DNA of 64,000 nucleotides, taken from assembly GCF_006345805.1 (NCBI RefSeq), contig NC_043012.1, forward strand, positions 44,206,001 through 44,270,000, read 5' to 3'. The DNA comes from Octopus sinensis. Its lineage: Eukaryota. This document shows positions 1 through 11,670 of this stretch, piece by piece (within the stretch, counting starts at the first letter, position 1; each line of letters starts with the position of its first letter). Under the pieces are notes generated by a model, which saw only the letters and a list, made by a program, of their open reading frames with translations, ran no database searches and was not told where the DNA came from. A program made the translations under genes and the position numbers.

Positions 1-288
1 AATCCATTGAATCAATTCAATACGCTGCTAGTATTTGATATATCGGAGCCAGGTCAAACTCAAAATACAGGTGGATAAAGCTAAGCTTAAAAAATATTTA
101 GTCCGACCATACACCACTGATGTCATCCTAAGGATTTTCCAGTTTTGACTATGTTGGAGTAACATCTTCAAGTGTTTTAGTTGTTAGTATCGAGCCAGTA
201 CTTATTTCAATGTGCTCCTTTTTATCGAACTTCTTAAAAATTTTAATTGAATGTTCGAACGTCATGATAATAAATAAATATGAGTGAG

Positions 289-451
289 AGGCGCAGGCGT
301 GGTTGTGTGGTATGAAGCTTGTTTCTAGAGCACTGTAGTTCAGTCCCACTGCATGGCACCTTGAGCAAGTGTCTCCTACTATAGTCTGGGGCCAACCAAA
401 GCCTTGTGAGTGGATCTGGTTGACAGAAACTGAAAGCCCGTCGCGTGTGTA

Positions 452-482
<31 letters not shown>

Positions 483-715
483 TGTGTGTGTGTGTGTCTT
501 TGTGCCTTTGTTCGTCCCCCATCAGCGCTTGACAACCGGTATTGGTGTGTTTACGTTTCCGTAACTTAGCGTTTCGGCAAAAGTGACCGATAAAATCAGT
601 ACCAGGCTTAATGAAAATTAAGTCCCGGGGTCGAGTCGTTCGACTAAAAATTCTTGAAGGCAGTACCCCAACATGGCCGCAGTCTAATGACAGAAACAAG
701 TAAAGAATAAAAGAC
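289..715 (+). mobile_element. tRNA-derived SINE, family A (octopus OR/CORE-like type)
   Basis: AGGCGCAGGCGTGG.TGTGTGGTA tRNA-like head with GTTCAGTCCCA B-box, CCTTGAGCAAGTGTC core, internal (TG)n and a CATGGCCGCAGTC..GACAGAAAC-AAAAGA tail. Same architecture recurs at least 6 times in the window. Confidence 0.9.
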
Positions 716-862
716 AAAAACAAAATGATATTGAATATTTCTACAGAACCAAAATATCAAAGCGACGAAAATATTTTGACAAATTAAATTTAAATGTTGA
801 AGTGAATCTAACGGTTTTGTGAGTTTCTTAAATCGCTTATAAACGCCTTCCACGCTGCAATT

Positions 863-984
863 GTATATATATATATAAGAGAGAGCAAATTCTCTTTTCT
901 CCGTCGATTACAGTCAAAATCCACACGTATATATATATATATGTGGGTATATATGTATGTATATGTATGTATGTATATATATAT

Positions 985-1042
<58 letters not shown>

Positions 1043-1070
1043 GTCTGTGTGTGTGTGTATACACACACAC
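863..1070. repeat. (TA)n/(TG)n/(CA)n compound microsatellite
   Basis: Directly visible. Confidence 0.95.
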
Positions 1071-1517
1071 ACGATAGGTGGAAGCTGGGTGTGATCAGTA
1101 TAGAAAACACGTAGTAGTGTTCAAAACGATTTAAACTTCAACTCCAATTTCTTCATCCATAGCATGGCCCGCGCCGTCAAAAATGTCCCATAAGAGAAAT
1201 CTAAATCGAGCTGACATGAAAGTAGGAATGGCAATAAACATAGGCCTGATATAAATACGCAGCGCAGTTACCAATCTTCTCTTGATGAGGGTAGCCGGAC
1301 TTACTGTAATGTTTTCATGTAACAGGTTACTGGTTACATTAAATAACCAGAACTTTTTGCATATTTCGTCTGCAATTTATGACTAGTATAATTATTGCGT
1401 GACCCCAGGCTTCATATTTTCTTCACATTTCTTCACTTTTATTCTGTATTTTTGTGCACCATGTAAATATATTTGCAACAAGTCTGTCTATTTCCATTAC
1501 CACCTTCTTTGTCTCCT

Positions 1518-2250
1518 TACATACATACATACATACATACATACACACATACATAATACATACATACATACATGCATACATGCATACATACATAATACAT
1601 ACATACATACATACATACATGCATGCATACATACATACATGCATGCATACATACATACATACATACATACATGCATACATGCATACATACATACATACAT
1701 ACATCATGCATACATGCATGCATACATACATGCATACATGCATACATACATAATACATACATACATACATGCATACATGCATGCATACATACATACATAC
1801 ATACATACATAATACATACATACATACATACATGCATGCATACATACATAATACATACATACATACATACATACATGCATGCATACATACATAATACATA
1901 CATAACATACATACATACATACATACATGCATACATGCATACATACATACATACATACATACATGCATACAGCATGCATACATACATGCATACATGCATA
2001 CATACATAATACATACATACATACATGCATACATGCATGCATACATACATACATACATACATACATAATACATACATACATACATACATGCATGCATACA
2101 TACATAATACATACATACATACATACATACATGCATGCATACATACATAATACATACATACATACATACATATATACATACATATATGCATACATACATA
2201 CATACATATATACATACATACACATATGCATTTATATTTACACACACACC
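1518..2250. repeat. (TACA)n/(TGCA) compound satellite, about 730 bp
   Basis: Directly visible; it generates the many HTYI/MYVC pseudo-ORFs. Confidence 0.97.
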
Positions 2251-3260
2251 TGTCTATCTATATATAAATAGATTGAGAAAAAGAGAAAAACAAACACAAA
2301 CGGAGGGAAAGAGAGAGAGAGAGAAAGGGAGAGAGCGAGTATTGTTATTTTAAATCTGTTGGCGTGAATAAATAATGCATTTAGTTCAATCTCCACTCGG
2401 TTATGACGAATATGAACAATAAAGCAACTATATGGCGTGAAGTTTAATTATGTGTGTGTGTGTGTTGCCTGTCTGTCTGTGTATGTATGTGTATATATAT
2501 GTATATAAGCATATAGATTGATTGATAGATACACGCACGAACACACACACAAACACACACACACACATACACACAGAGAAAGAGATAAAAATTTGTAAAC
2601 AACATGACTAAGCTGTTTCATCGGACACAAAAGTCTGAAACCTTCTCATCGGTTGACTATCTGTGTGTAGGAGTGTGGGGTAGGGGTAACAAACAATAAA
2701 TAAAGCTAAATAAAATTTTTTAAAAACTATCTTACTGAAGTTTCTTCTTTTGATTTCATCAGAAATAGCATTGAAATAAATTCATTAGAATGTTGATCAA
2801 ATAGGAAATATTCACTGGCTGGGACAAAGACAGCGAATTAGTAGAGTCGTTAGAGTTCCGGACATAATGTCTCTTGCTTTTTAATCCGTCATCTCTGACC
2901 ATTTGCCTTCAAATAGTAAAATTGACTTCAATCTTTTCCGGTTTGATAAACTAAGTACAAATCTATGGTAGTGGACAAGTGGAATGTTAGACTGAACTCT
3001 GTCGATTCCGAGTTCAAATCTCGCCTTCTGCCAGGCGACAGTTTTGGTTGTCGAATTACAATGAATTATGGGCATCTTTTGCATTCTCTTTCTCTAAAGA
3101 TATAGTCCCACCCTCCCCCACTTCAGGATAGTCCTACGATTAGAAAGTCAAACATCAGAATGACAAGATCGAAATACCATGTCCCCAGACACCGGCAACT
3201 CTTCAATGTAGGATGGAGCTGCACGGTTGTGTGAGATATCGTGATTGCTTTTTCTTATAG

Positions 3261-3302
3261 TACACTTTACGCGTGCTGTCACGTGTAAGGAGACTACAGA
3301 AG
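3261..3302 (+). CDS. candidate 42-bp micro-exon of an unidentified gene
   Basis: Acceptor GATTGCTTTTTCTTATAG| and donor AAG|GTAATC; phase-1 frame is open (HFTRAVTCKETTE). No homology recognised. Confidence 0.3.
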
Positions 3303-3955
3303 GTAATCGCTGTTGCTGGCACGCATGATAGGATAATACTTGCAAAGAAAAGCCCTTCTAGTTCCGAAAGAAAAACGAAAGACGGCGCCCCAAAATACCT
3401 GAATATCATATTTATAGTAAGAAACGCTTATGCAACAGTAGCACCACCCTCTCTAAATGATCAACGCTGTTAAACTAGTGACAAGAAGTGAAAAAAAAAG
3501 ATAGCGAGAGACTACAAACGGTGTAGGTTTTGTGCAAGAATTTATTTGTTACATGTACATTTACATACGCATACATTTGCACTGTATATAGCCACATGAT
3601 TAGACAGCCGTTTGACTCTCCTGAGATCATCAGCTTCCATGAGAAGATGTATTATTATCTTTTGTTTTTATTCCGCACGGTTTCCAAAAACCCACCCCCT
3701 CGTCTGGTGGGAATTTCCAGTTTAATGGCAGACTAATGCAACAGGTTGCACTGGGTTACATTTCACTAACAGTTCTCACCAGAAACCTGTCAATCGACAT
3801 GAGTCATCAATATTGACCTAGAGCAGGAGAAGAGTAGTTTGGCAGAAACGACAACAGCGTCGGTACTTGCAACTACACAATTACACACGCACGCGCACGC
3901 ATACATGCATACATACATACATACATACATACTACATACATACATACATACTACA

Positions 3956-3986
<31 letters not shown>

Positions 3987-4125
3987 TGGGACGATCTGCA
4001 TTCATAATTAAGTCATTTTACCGCGAAGCAACTACGCCAACAAGCAATATTTGTAGAACATAGAAAGGTTAGTAACCGTAACTTAATAAAGAAATCGAAA
4101 ATTAACCTTCTCCCCAGCTCTATAG

Positions 4126-4253
4126 ACAAAAATGAAAACGTGAATGATATAAGACCACGACGTGGTTTCGCAGCTAGCGACATTCCAACAGATTCCAGCC
4201 AAACTATATTACTGGCTCAAGTAACTGACCACTGTCCCCCTACTACGTCTATG
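4126..4253 (+). CDS. candidate exon, phase-compatible with 3261-3302
   Basis: Acceptor CCTTCTCCCCAGCTCTATAG| and donor ATG|GTAAAT; open frame DKNENVNDIRPRRGF...CPPTTSM. Confidence 0.27.
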
Positions 4254-4282
4254 GTAAATAGCAGGCATAACCGCAACGATTG

Positions 4283-4296
4283 TAGTAGTAGTAGTA

Positions 4297-4348
<52 letters not shown>
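4283..4348. repeat. (TAG)n microsatellite
   Basis: Directly visible. Confidence 0.95.
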
Positions 4349-4349
4349 C

Positions 4350-4933
4350 AGGATTACATGCCGGTGAAATGTGCCTTTACTGAAATTTTCCGAGGAAAAA
4401 TAACTTTGGCTTTGAAGGACTCTCTTGAAAAGAAAGTATTCTCTACCAAAACAAGTAAAAAAAACCCACTAGAGACGGTATTAAAAGCTGTTAACGAAAT
4501 TGGTGATGAATATTTACAAAAGTGTGATGAACCCACATACTGGCAGATTAACGCCTGTCTATATGCTCTGGCTACTACTGTAAAACAGTACATAAATGAT
4601 ATTCAAAAAGTAAACAAAACCGAAATAACCATCAGAAAGTATCATCATAAGATTTGAAGACAGAAAAAGATAACTGGTTTACAGAAGACCATCAGTCATG
4701 TAACGATGCTTATTAAATAGAAATGATGTTTGGAGACAGCAAAAAGGGGACACTCGCTTGCAAACAGATTACTTTAAAGCAGGAGCTAAAAGCTATCAGT
4801 GAGAAACTCCGACATCAGAAGAGAATAACCGAGAGAAGAACAATAGACAAAAAATTTAACCGCAACCAGACAGCAGTATACTGAGGAGGAGCAATAAATA
4901 TCACGGAAGTTCCTTCACAAGAAGACATAGACT
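4350..4933 (+). mobile_element. degenerate R4/Dong-like non-LTR retrotransposon fragment (pre-RT region)
   Basis: Translates to WQINACLYALATTV and KQELKAISEKLRHQKRITERRTIDKKFNRNQTAVY...PSQEDIDY, resembling the N-terminal ORF region of R4/Dong elements; has stops and frameshifts. Confidence 0.55.
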
Positions 4934-4935
4934 AC

Positions 4936-5522
4936 AGGGTGTTCCATTTAAAAGTTGATTCGACTGATTAACTGTCAAAATATTGGCTCTCTCTGACTGG
5001 TTCGCTATGATTTTAGCCTTTTACAAGTGCAACGCATTCATTCGAGACTTCTTCTGGAGTCTTAATGGTGTTATCAGTGCAGCAACGTTCATTTATTGTG
5101 GAATTTTATTTTTGGTCAGGAGTTTTTTTCAATGGGCGATGGATTTACTCCTTTGACAATTGTGTTACCGATTTTAAGAGTGAATATCGAAATATGCCTC
5201 GGCTAACAAAGCAGGCGATTAATGAAAACAAGAATCATGTTCGCCGACGTACTCACCTTTCTGATGATGTTGTGGAAGATATCCGTCAACGAATTCTTCG
5301 CAGTCCCAGAAAATCTGTGCGTCGTTTGTCTCATGAAACTGGATTATCTGTTGGCAGCTGTCATGCTAAAATTGTACCCATACCGCATGTTTTCTTTACA
5401 TGAACTTATTCCTGATGATTTTACCAAAAGATTGGATTACTGCAAATGGTTTCAAGAAAGCATGGATGACAACCAACTTGACATGACCTTCTTCAGTGAC
5501 GAGGCTTAGGTTTACCTAACGG
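4936..5522 (+). mobile_element. 5' part of a Tc1/mariner (DD37D/maT-like) transposon
   Basis: TA followed by CAGGGTGTTCC TIR-like start; MVLSVQQRSFIVEFYF (DUF4817-type HTH), RSPRKSVRRLSHETGLS, LYPY..., FFSDEA (first catalytic D). Frameshifted and truncated. Confidence 0.85.
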
Positions 5523-5559
5523 GATACCAGAATGAGTTTTGAGTGTGAATAGTTATTTG

Positions 5560-6990
5560 TGTATATGTACTTTTGTATGGAAGTATTTTCTTTGTTTATC
5601 CATGCTTCATTTGTGGAATTCACTGAACATAGGTACAGTGGGAAGACCTAGAATTTGGGAGACATATTTTCTGTACATATGTTTAAGTGTTCACTGAGTG
5701 GAATCTGTCTAGTATTGGGATTTCATATTTGCTGTCGATGAATGGTCAGACTATTTCTTAGAGTAAGCTTTGTCTGACCTATGTAATCTTCATTGCATCG
5801 TTGACATTTGATAGTGTATATTAAATTCCTTGAAGAACATGTAAAATAATTTTTTACGGTAAAAATCTGTTCAGATTTGAATTTGTAAATTGTGTCTTCC
5901 ATAAGGTTGATGCAAGTGCCGTAATTGAGGCGGCTACACTTTTTGACTGTTGGTGTGGGAATTGTGGAAGGTAATTTAGCGCTAGAGAGGAATTTTTTGA
6001 GGGACTTACATTGTCTTTTACTTTTGATTATTTTGTGCATTTCGAATGCTTGTTTCATGCTTGGGTCTTATCTCAGTAGTGGGACGTTCTGGTGGATAAT
6101 ATTGTACACCTTTGTGTTTTTTAATTGTTCATATATCTGAACCTCCATGTATGCCATGACTAGATTGTCGTAAGTCGGAACAACTTTTATCCCTATCCCA
6201 GGACCCAAATATCTGTTTGTAAATATTGCCATCCAAGTCAAAAAAGTTGTTTTCGAGGATGAACTTCAATCCTTCAGTGATGAAGCTGTTTTCAATTTTG
6301 TCTGGAATTTCATGTGGGAATTTCTCAAACCAGAAATTTATTTTTGCCTCTAGTCTATATTGGTTTGGATTGCGACATAGAGTTTTACCTCATGAAATGA
6401 TACAATAGTGGTATTATTGTTCATGGATTTTGGGAAGGGGTTTAACAGGTTCAGGTCGTCCCTTACAAAGCTTGGTATATATTTTAAAACAGGTTTCAGT
6501 AATATATCTAAAAAGTTGATGAGTCCTAGTGTTCCACGCTTCGGGCCTGCTACGATTGGTCTAAATTTAAGGGATATTGTATGTTTATGCAACTTGAAGT
6601 TGGTTCTTGATAGTTTGATTCTTATGGATTTTTGAGAGAGCGTAGAAGTCTTGCAATCAAAATTGGTTAGGTAGTCACATTTTTTGTTTGTCAAACCTTT
6701 TTGATGTCTGTGAATGAGTGAGTGTTTACTTTAGCAATTGTCTTTGATTTTTGGTAATCGTTTACCTTTTCGTAGTAGGTCATGTCTTGTAATATAGACA
6801 GTATAGCTCTTTTGTTGGGTTCAATATCCATAATGGCTATAACACTTCCCTTATCTGCTTCCTTAATTATAATATTAATTTCCCGTTCCTTTCGACTGGA
6901 ATTGGGATTGATTTTAGGGTGTAGAAGTTCTTTGTAGGGGAAGGTAGATATAAATTCGCAAAATTTATCTAAAGCTTTTTGTACTATTAC
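5560..6990 (-). mobile_element. Penelope-like element remnant (RT plus GIY-YIG endonuclease), internally deleted
   Basis: KFRPIVAGP...FLDILLKP (PLE RT), FILENNFF..GNIYKQ...PTYDNLVMAYME, then FTCSSRNLIYTIKCQRCNEDYIGQT (GIY-YIG with CCHH). The YxDD region is missing. Confidence 0.9.
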
Positions 6991-7328
6991 TAGACATGTT
7001 CAGTCGACTGCGTCAGCTTTAACTTACGACGCCAAACATTGTCACTTGATACTAATATACGGACTTAGCGGGGAGCCAGCAAAAATTTCTAAGACCAGTC
7101 ATATGACTATCCTCTACCAATGAGGTACTATTCAAAACATACTAATTTGAGCCATGAACTCCCTATAAAAATAGGGCAAGCTTCAAACACTAGTCAGAAG
7201 CAAGACAGTTGCGACATAAGCCAAGTCTTTCTATTTCAACTTTTTAAAAATTAGTGTGAACCGCGAAACCGGTTAAAGCTTTAAATATAATAAATATATA
7301 ACATAAGTAAATATAATAAATATATAAT

Positions 7329-7382
7329 AAATAGAAGATCAAAATGCACTGAAAATTTTCAGTGCATTTTGAACTTCTATTT
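7329..7382. repeat. loopless palindrome
   Basis: TCAAAATGCACTGAAAA|TTTTCAGTGCATTTTGA is perfect over 34 bp and extends to 54 bp with one mismatch. Confidence 0.9.
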
Positions 7383-9370
7383 TTCATATATATATAAATA
7401 TAAGCATTTATAACGGTACGTATTTATGTATATTCACATATGCATGCTTATATGTATATATATATGGGTGTATATGTATGTATTAGATTGTGTGTGTGTG
7501 TGTGTGTGTGTGTTGTGTGTGTGTGTGTGTGTGTGTGAATACACACACATGCGGAGAGATAGATAATAGATAAGATAGGTAGCAATATTTTTAGATAGAA
7601 GGCTGGATGAATTGCTGATGTCATGATTACGTTATCTGTGCGTGGGAAAATCTATTCCAGTTTTCATTTCAATGAAACAGGTTTGTTCCTGCCATACAAG
7701 TTTCGAAACAGCATCGAAGAACAACTGCTGACCTATGAAGTAAAATACATAGAATGCTTTGGGATATTTCATGTCTACCATGTTATTTGTTTCTCAGTGA
7801 CGTACTGTCGTTGATGTTTATTATACACTGCAAATTTCTATCTTGATATGCATATTTGTGCACTGACGTGTATGGCAAGATGAGGATAAAATATGCAATA
7901 ACATTTCGGAAAGCTTTATAAGGTTTTAATGACAAAATCGCGTGACTTATGAAATAAGGTTTATTCGTCTTTGAATTCAACCAACACCGAGGTTTCAGAA
8001 TGTCTATGGGCTTTGATGTGAAGCATAGTGCATTGGCAGAATATTTCTTTTAAATCTAAGTCCAAATTTTGAAATTAAACTTCAAGCGAATTTAAGAAGA
8101 CGAAAATAAAACACTTAGAGTGAGTAACTTAAGATACATGAAAAATGAATACAAGAAAAAATAAAAGTTGTTAAAACAATAAAGCATTCCAACTTTAAAC
8201 GTTAAAACAATTATTTTCTATAGATCCTTAAAAGTTTTATTTCATTGAATTGCATTAGCAATTTAAAACTAGACATTGGGCCACATATTTTGAGGGAGAC
8301 AAACGAACCAGATATTTAACTGCCACTATTTTTATCAACTCAGAAGGATAAAAGGCAAAAATCGATTCTAGCAAGATTTGAAATCAGAAGGTAGATATAC
8401 CTAAACAAAACAATTTTCCTTTGGATTCTACTGTAGTTGCTATCCACGGCTCTGTGGTATTTAAAGACGGGGTTTGGTCGAGAAGTGAAGCGATGTCCTG
8501 CTACAATTTCATATTCTGCCTCTTTCACTATAGCTACCAGGCAGAGGAAAACGACATTGTCGATGGTTGCGGAACCACTTTCTTATGGACTCAGATGATA
8601 ACTGGAACTATTCTGGACACAGTAGTACCCTATTCGCTATATTTCATATGTCAATGATCTTGACCCTGAATCAGTAAGCGTGGTATGATCTCATTGTCTT
8701 CTATATCTCTCGTACACCTCCAGTTGTCCACTGGATATCTTTAGCGCTTATTCTGAAATAACAGTGAATTCTCCTCCGGTATCTTTGGCAGGTGGACCCG
8801 GTTTACAAATTATACATAAACCTCAAGTTTATCGGGGTGGGGGACTGGTTCAACAATATCCACAGTGAAAGCCGGGTTATCTTCCCTCATATTAACTATT
8901 TGCTTTCTTTGAAATATTAGACAATTTACAGATCACATTACTTATCAGATAAAATCTATGAGCACCTGTCTTCGTTCCATATATCAAACACCTATACCCG
9001 GCTATACCTGACCCACAATTGCAGCTCATAAATCCCTGTAAAATTCAGCCTTTACACATGACTACATTATCAGCTGCGAAGTTGTAGGCGTCGGCAGCAA
9101 AAGTAAGTTTAGACCAAAAGTAATACGTTTATTCAACAACAAATGGAAAAGCAGACGCTTTATTTTGATTAGATATTCCCTTCGACAGCACAAGATAGTT
9201 AGCCGAAACTATACAAGCAACAGCAGCTCTCTCTATCTCAGTTTGAATAGTATACCTTACATCACTCAAGTTTCTCCATATAATCTCAGAAGCCAAACTA
9301 TGCAGAAGTAGTATGAGGAAGATGTCATGACGGACTGAACGTGCACTGCAAAATGGCTTCGGTTGTTGGC

Positions 9371-9592
9371 AGCCTACTCAGACCAAACAGCAGATTCTGC
9401 TTTATTATGCAGTAATACCTTTTCAGAAGACTAAAAATGACTGGACGTAGGTCAGCGGTCCTATTAAAAACTTTCGAATGATCTAAATTGATCAGAGGTT
9501 CGCCAAAATTTAATGCACATGTAAACCCGAATAGCTAGGAAGCGTCTATTTAGTCCCTTGATCAGAGGTTCGCTGTTTGGTCTGAGTAGGCT
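9371..9592. mobile_element. MITE-like element with 21-bp inverted ends
   Basis: AGCCTACTCAGACCAAACAGC (9371-9391) and its exact reverse complement (9572-9592); no clear TSD. Confidence 0.45.
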
Positions 9593-10839
9593 CCACTCAT
9601 ACCTCACAATCTTGGAAGAAGAAAAACCAGATAATTTAATTCTGGATACCTTTAAAGAGTCAGTTGGTCAAGGCTGGAACGCCTTTGCTGAGATTGTCCT
9701 ATGACTAAACATCTTGCCAACCTTTCTCTCTCTCTCTTTCTTGTCTGTCTCTCTATTCCCGTTTCATCTTTTACAACTCTCTCCTTCTCTCACCCCCTCT
9801 CTCTCTGTTATATCTCACGTGGTTTTCTTGGATAAATTCAACAGAATTGTTCAAGTTTTGAGGGACCGCAACACTAAACAGGGAGAAATGACAACAATTT
9901 GATAAGGTGTTTGGCTAATACTTTAGAATTTTATTTAGTATGGATAGAATCACTAGCCAAGAACCTTCTCTTCATATCTTGTGTCAGATTGGAATCTGCC
10001 ATGTAAATACTGTTGATATGTAAAATCTATTCACAAATACCTGATGAACCCTTTATAGTTCCTTTGCTCACGTCCTTCCTGAGCTGCGAGAGCATTCCTC
10101 GCCCAAATCGATCCGGAATTAGTAACACTTCCCTTCTTTTGCCAATCATGACAATTGTTTAAAACTCATCATCTATTATCTGCCTACCAACAAACAACAC
10201 GAAACAGTGCTACTGAAAAACGACTCAATTTATTTGCTTGCAACATGCATCCGTTCCAGTTATTCAACGATTTCACCGTGGCATTGTTGTCATGTCTTTT
10301 TCTGCTACTCGGGCCATTCGTATGAATATAGAACGTCGTGTACTAGTATGGATGTCAGTGTTCAACTGTGAAAAGTTGTATGTGATTTTATACATTCCTT
10401 GCCATACAAGTAGGTGATCGACTATTTTCTCATAGCTATTTTATATAGCCATATGTGATCAGTAGTGTCTTTGCTGACAGATTTCCAATACGTTAATCAC
10501 TGGTTAACCTCTATTGATGATAACGAGAGGTGTAAGGGATTCTATGTAATTCGGGGTATATCAAGACTCTTTGTCTCATAAAAGTAACAGTTTGGGTTTT
10601 CTTTCACTGGTCGATATACACCAAAGATGAGACACACACACGACGAACATCAATATACAAAATTCCCTTCCACTGTAGTAATAATTAAAGACACTTGCCC
10701 CAAAGTACCAAAATGATCTGAACTCGAAACCACGTTGTTGAAAATGTGTTTGTGTGTGGGGTGGGAAGACAATAGTTCGAATAAGTATTGTGTAAAGGGA
10801 ATTTGTCTGTTTGTTCCTAAAAGGCCCAACGTAGATGCT

Positions 10840-10845
10840 CATCTG

Positions 10846-10883
<38 letters not shown>

Positions 10884-10951
10884 CATCCATCCATCCATCC
10901 ATCCATCCATCCATCCATCCATCCATCCTCCATCCATCCATCCATCCATCC

Positions 10952-11015
<64 letters not shown>
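10840..11015. repeat. (TATC)n/(ATCC)n microsatellite, left flank of the LINE
   Basis: Directly visible. Confidence 0.95.
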
Positions 11016-11052
11016 CTGGACAGACGCAAGTCAAATGGGCTCAAAGTAAGTT

Positions 11053-11284
11053 TATCTTTCTTTATCTTTTTATCTTTTACTTGTTTCAGTCATTTGACTG
11101 CGGCCATGCTGGAGCACCGCCTTTAGTCGAGGAAATCGACCCCGGGACTTATTCTTTGTAAGCCCAGTACTTATTCTATCGGTCTCTTTTGCCGAACCGC
11201 TAAGTGTCGGGGACGTAAACACACCAGCATCGGTTGTCAAGCAATGCTAGGGGGACAAACACACAAACACACACACATACACAT

Positions 11285-11323
<39 letters not shown>

Positions 11324-11489
11324 TACGACAGGCTTCTTTCAGTTTCCGTCTACCAAATCCACTCATAAGGCATTGGTCGGCCCGGGGCTATAGCAGAAGA
11401 CACTTGCCCAAGATGCCACGCAGTGGGACTGAACCCGGAGCCATGTGGTTGGTTAGCAAGCTACTTACCACACAGCCACTCCTGCGCCT
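11053..11489 (-). mobile_element. SINE family A inserted near the LINE 5' end
   Basis: Full reverse copy; TAAGTT on both sides (11047-11052 and 11489-11494) is a possible TSD. Confidence 0.92.
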
Positions 11490-11670
11490 AAGTTGGTCAT
11501 TTTGTACGTTTAAAAGTGTTTATTGTCAAATATTTTAATTTTAAAAGTTTTACAACAACATGCACTGCAAACCTTGACTAATATCTACACAAAATTTCAC
11601 CCTTTGTGGGCAAAATTTAAAAAATTCTCATAGGCCTCGTGTTGTATTTTAGCCATTTCTATTTTCAAAA

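Noticed and set aside
3148-3409. Minus-strand ORFs, including a TM-like FFASIILSCVPATAITFCSLL
   Set aside because: Weak acceptor and no partner exon; the plus-strand splice signals at the same place are better.
8520-9060. Possible LTR/Ginger integrase remnant (QGFMSCNC on the minus strand)
   Set aside because: One short motif amid stops; not enough to assign.
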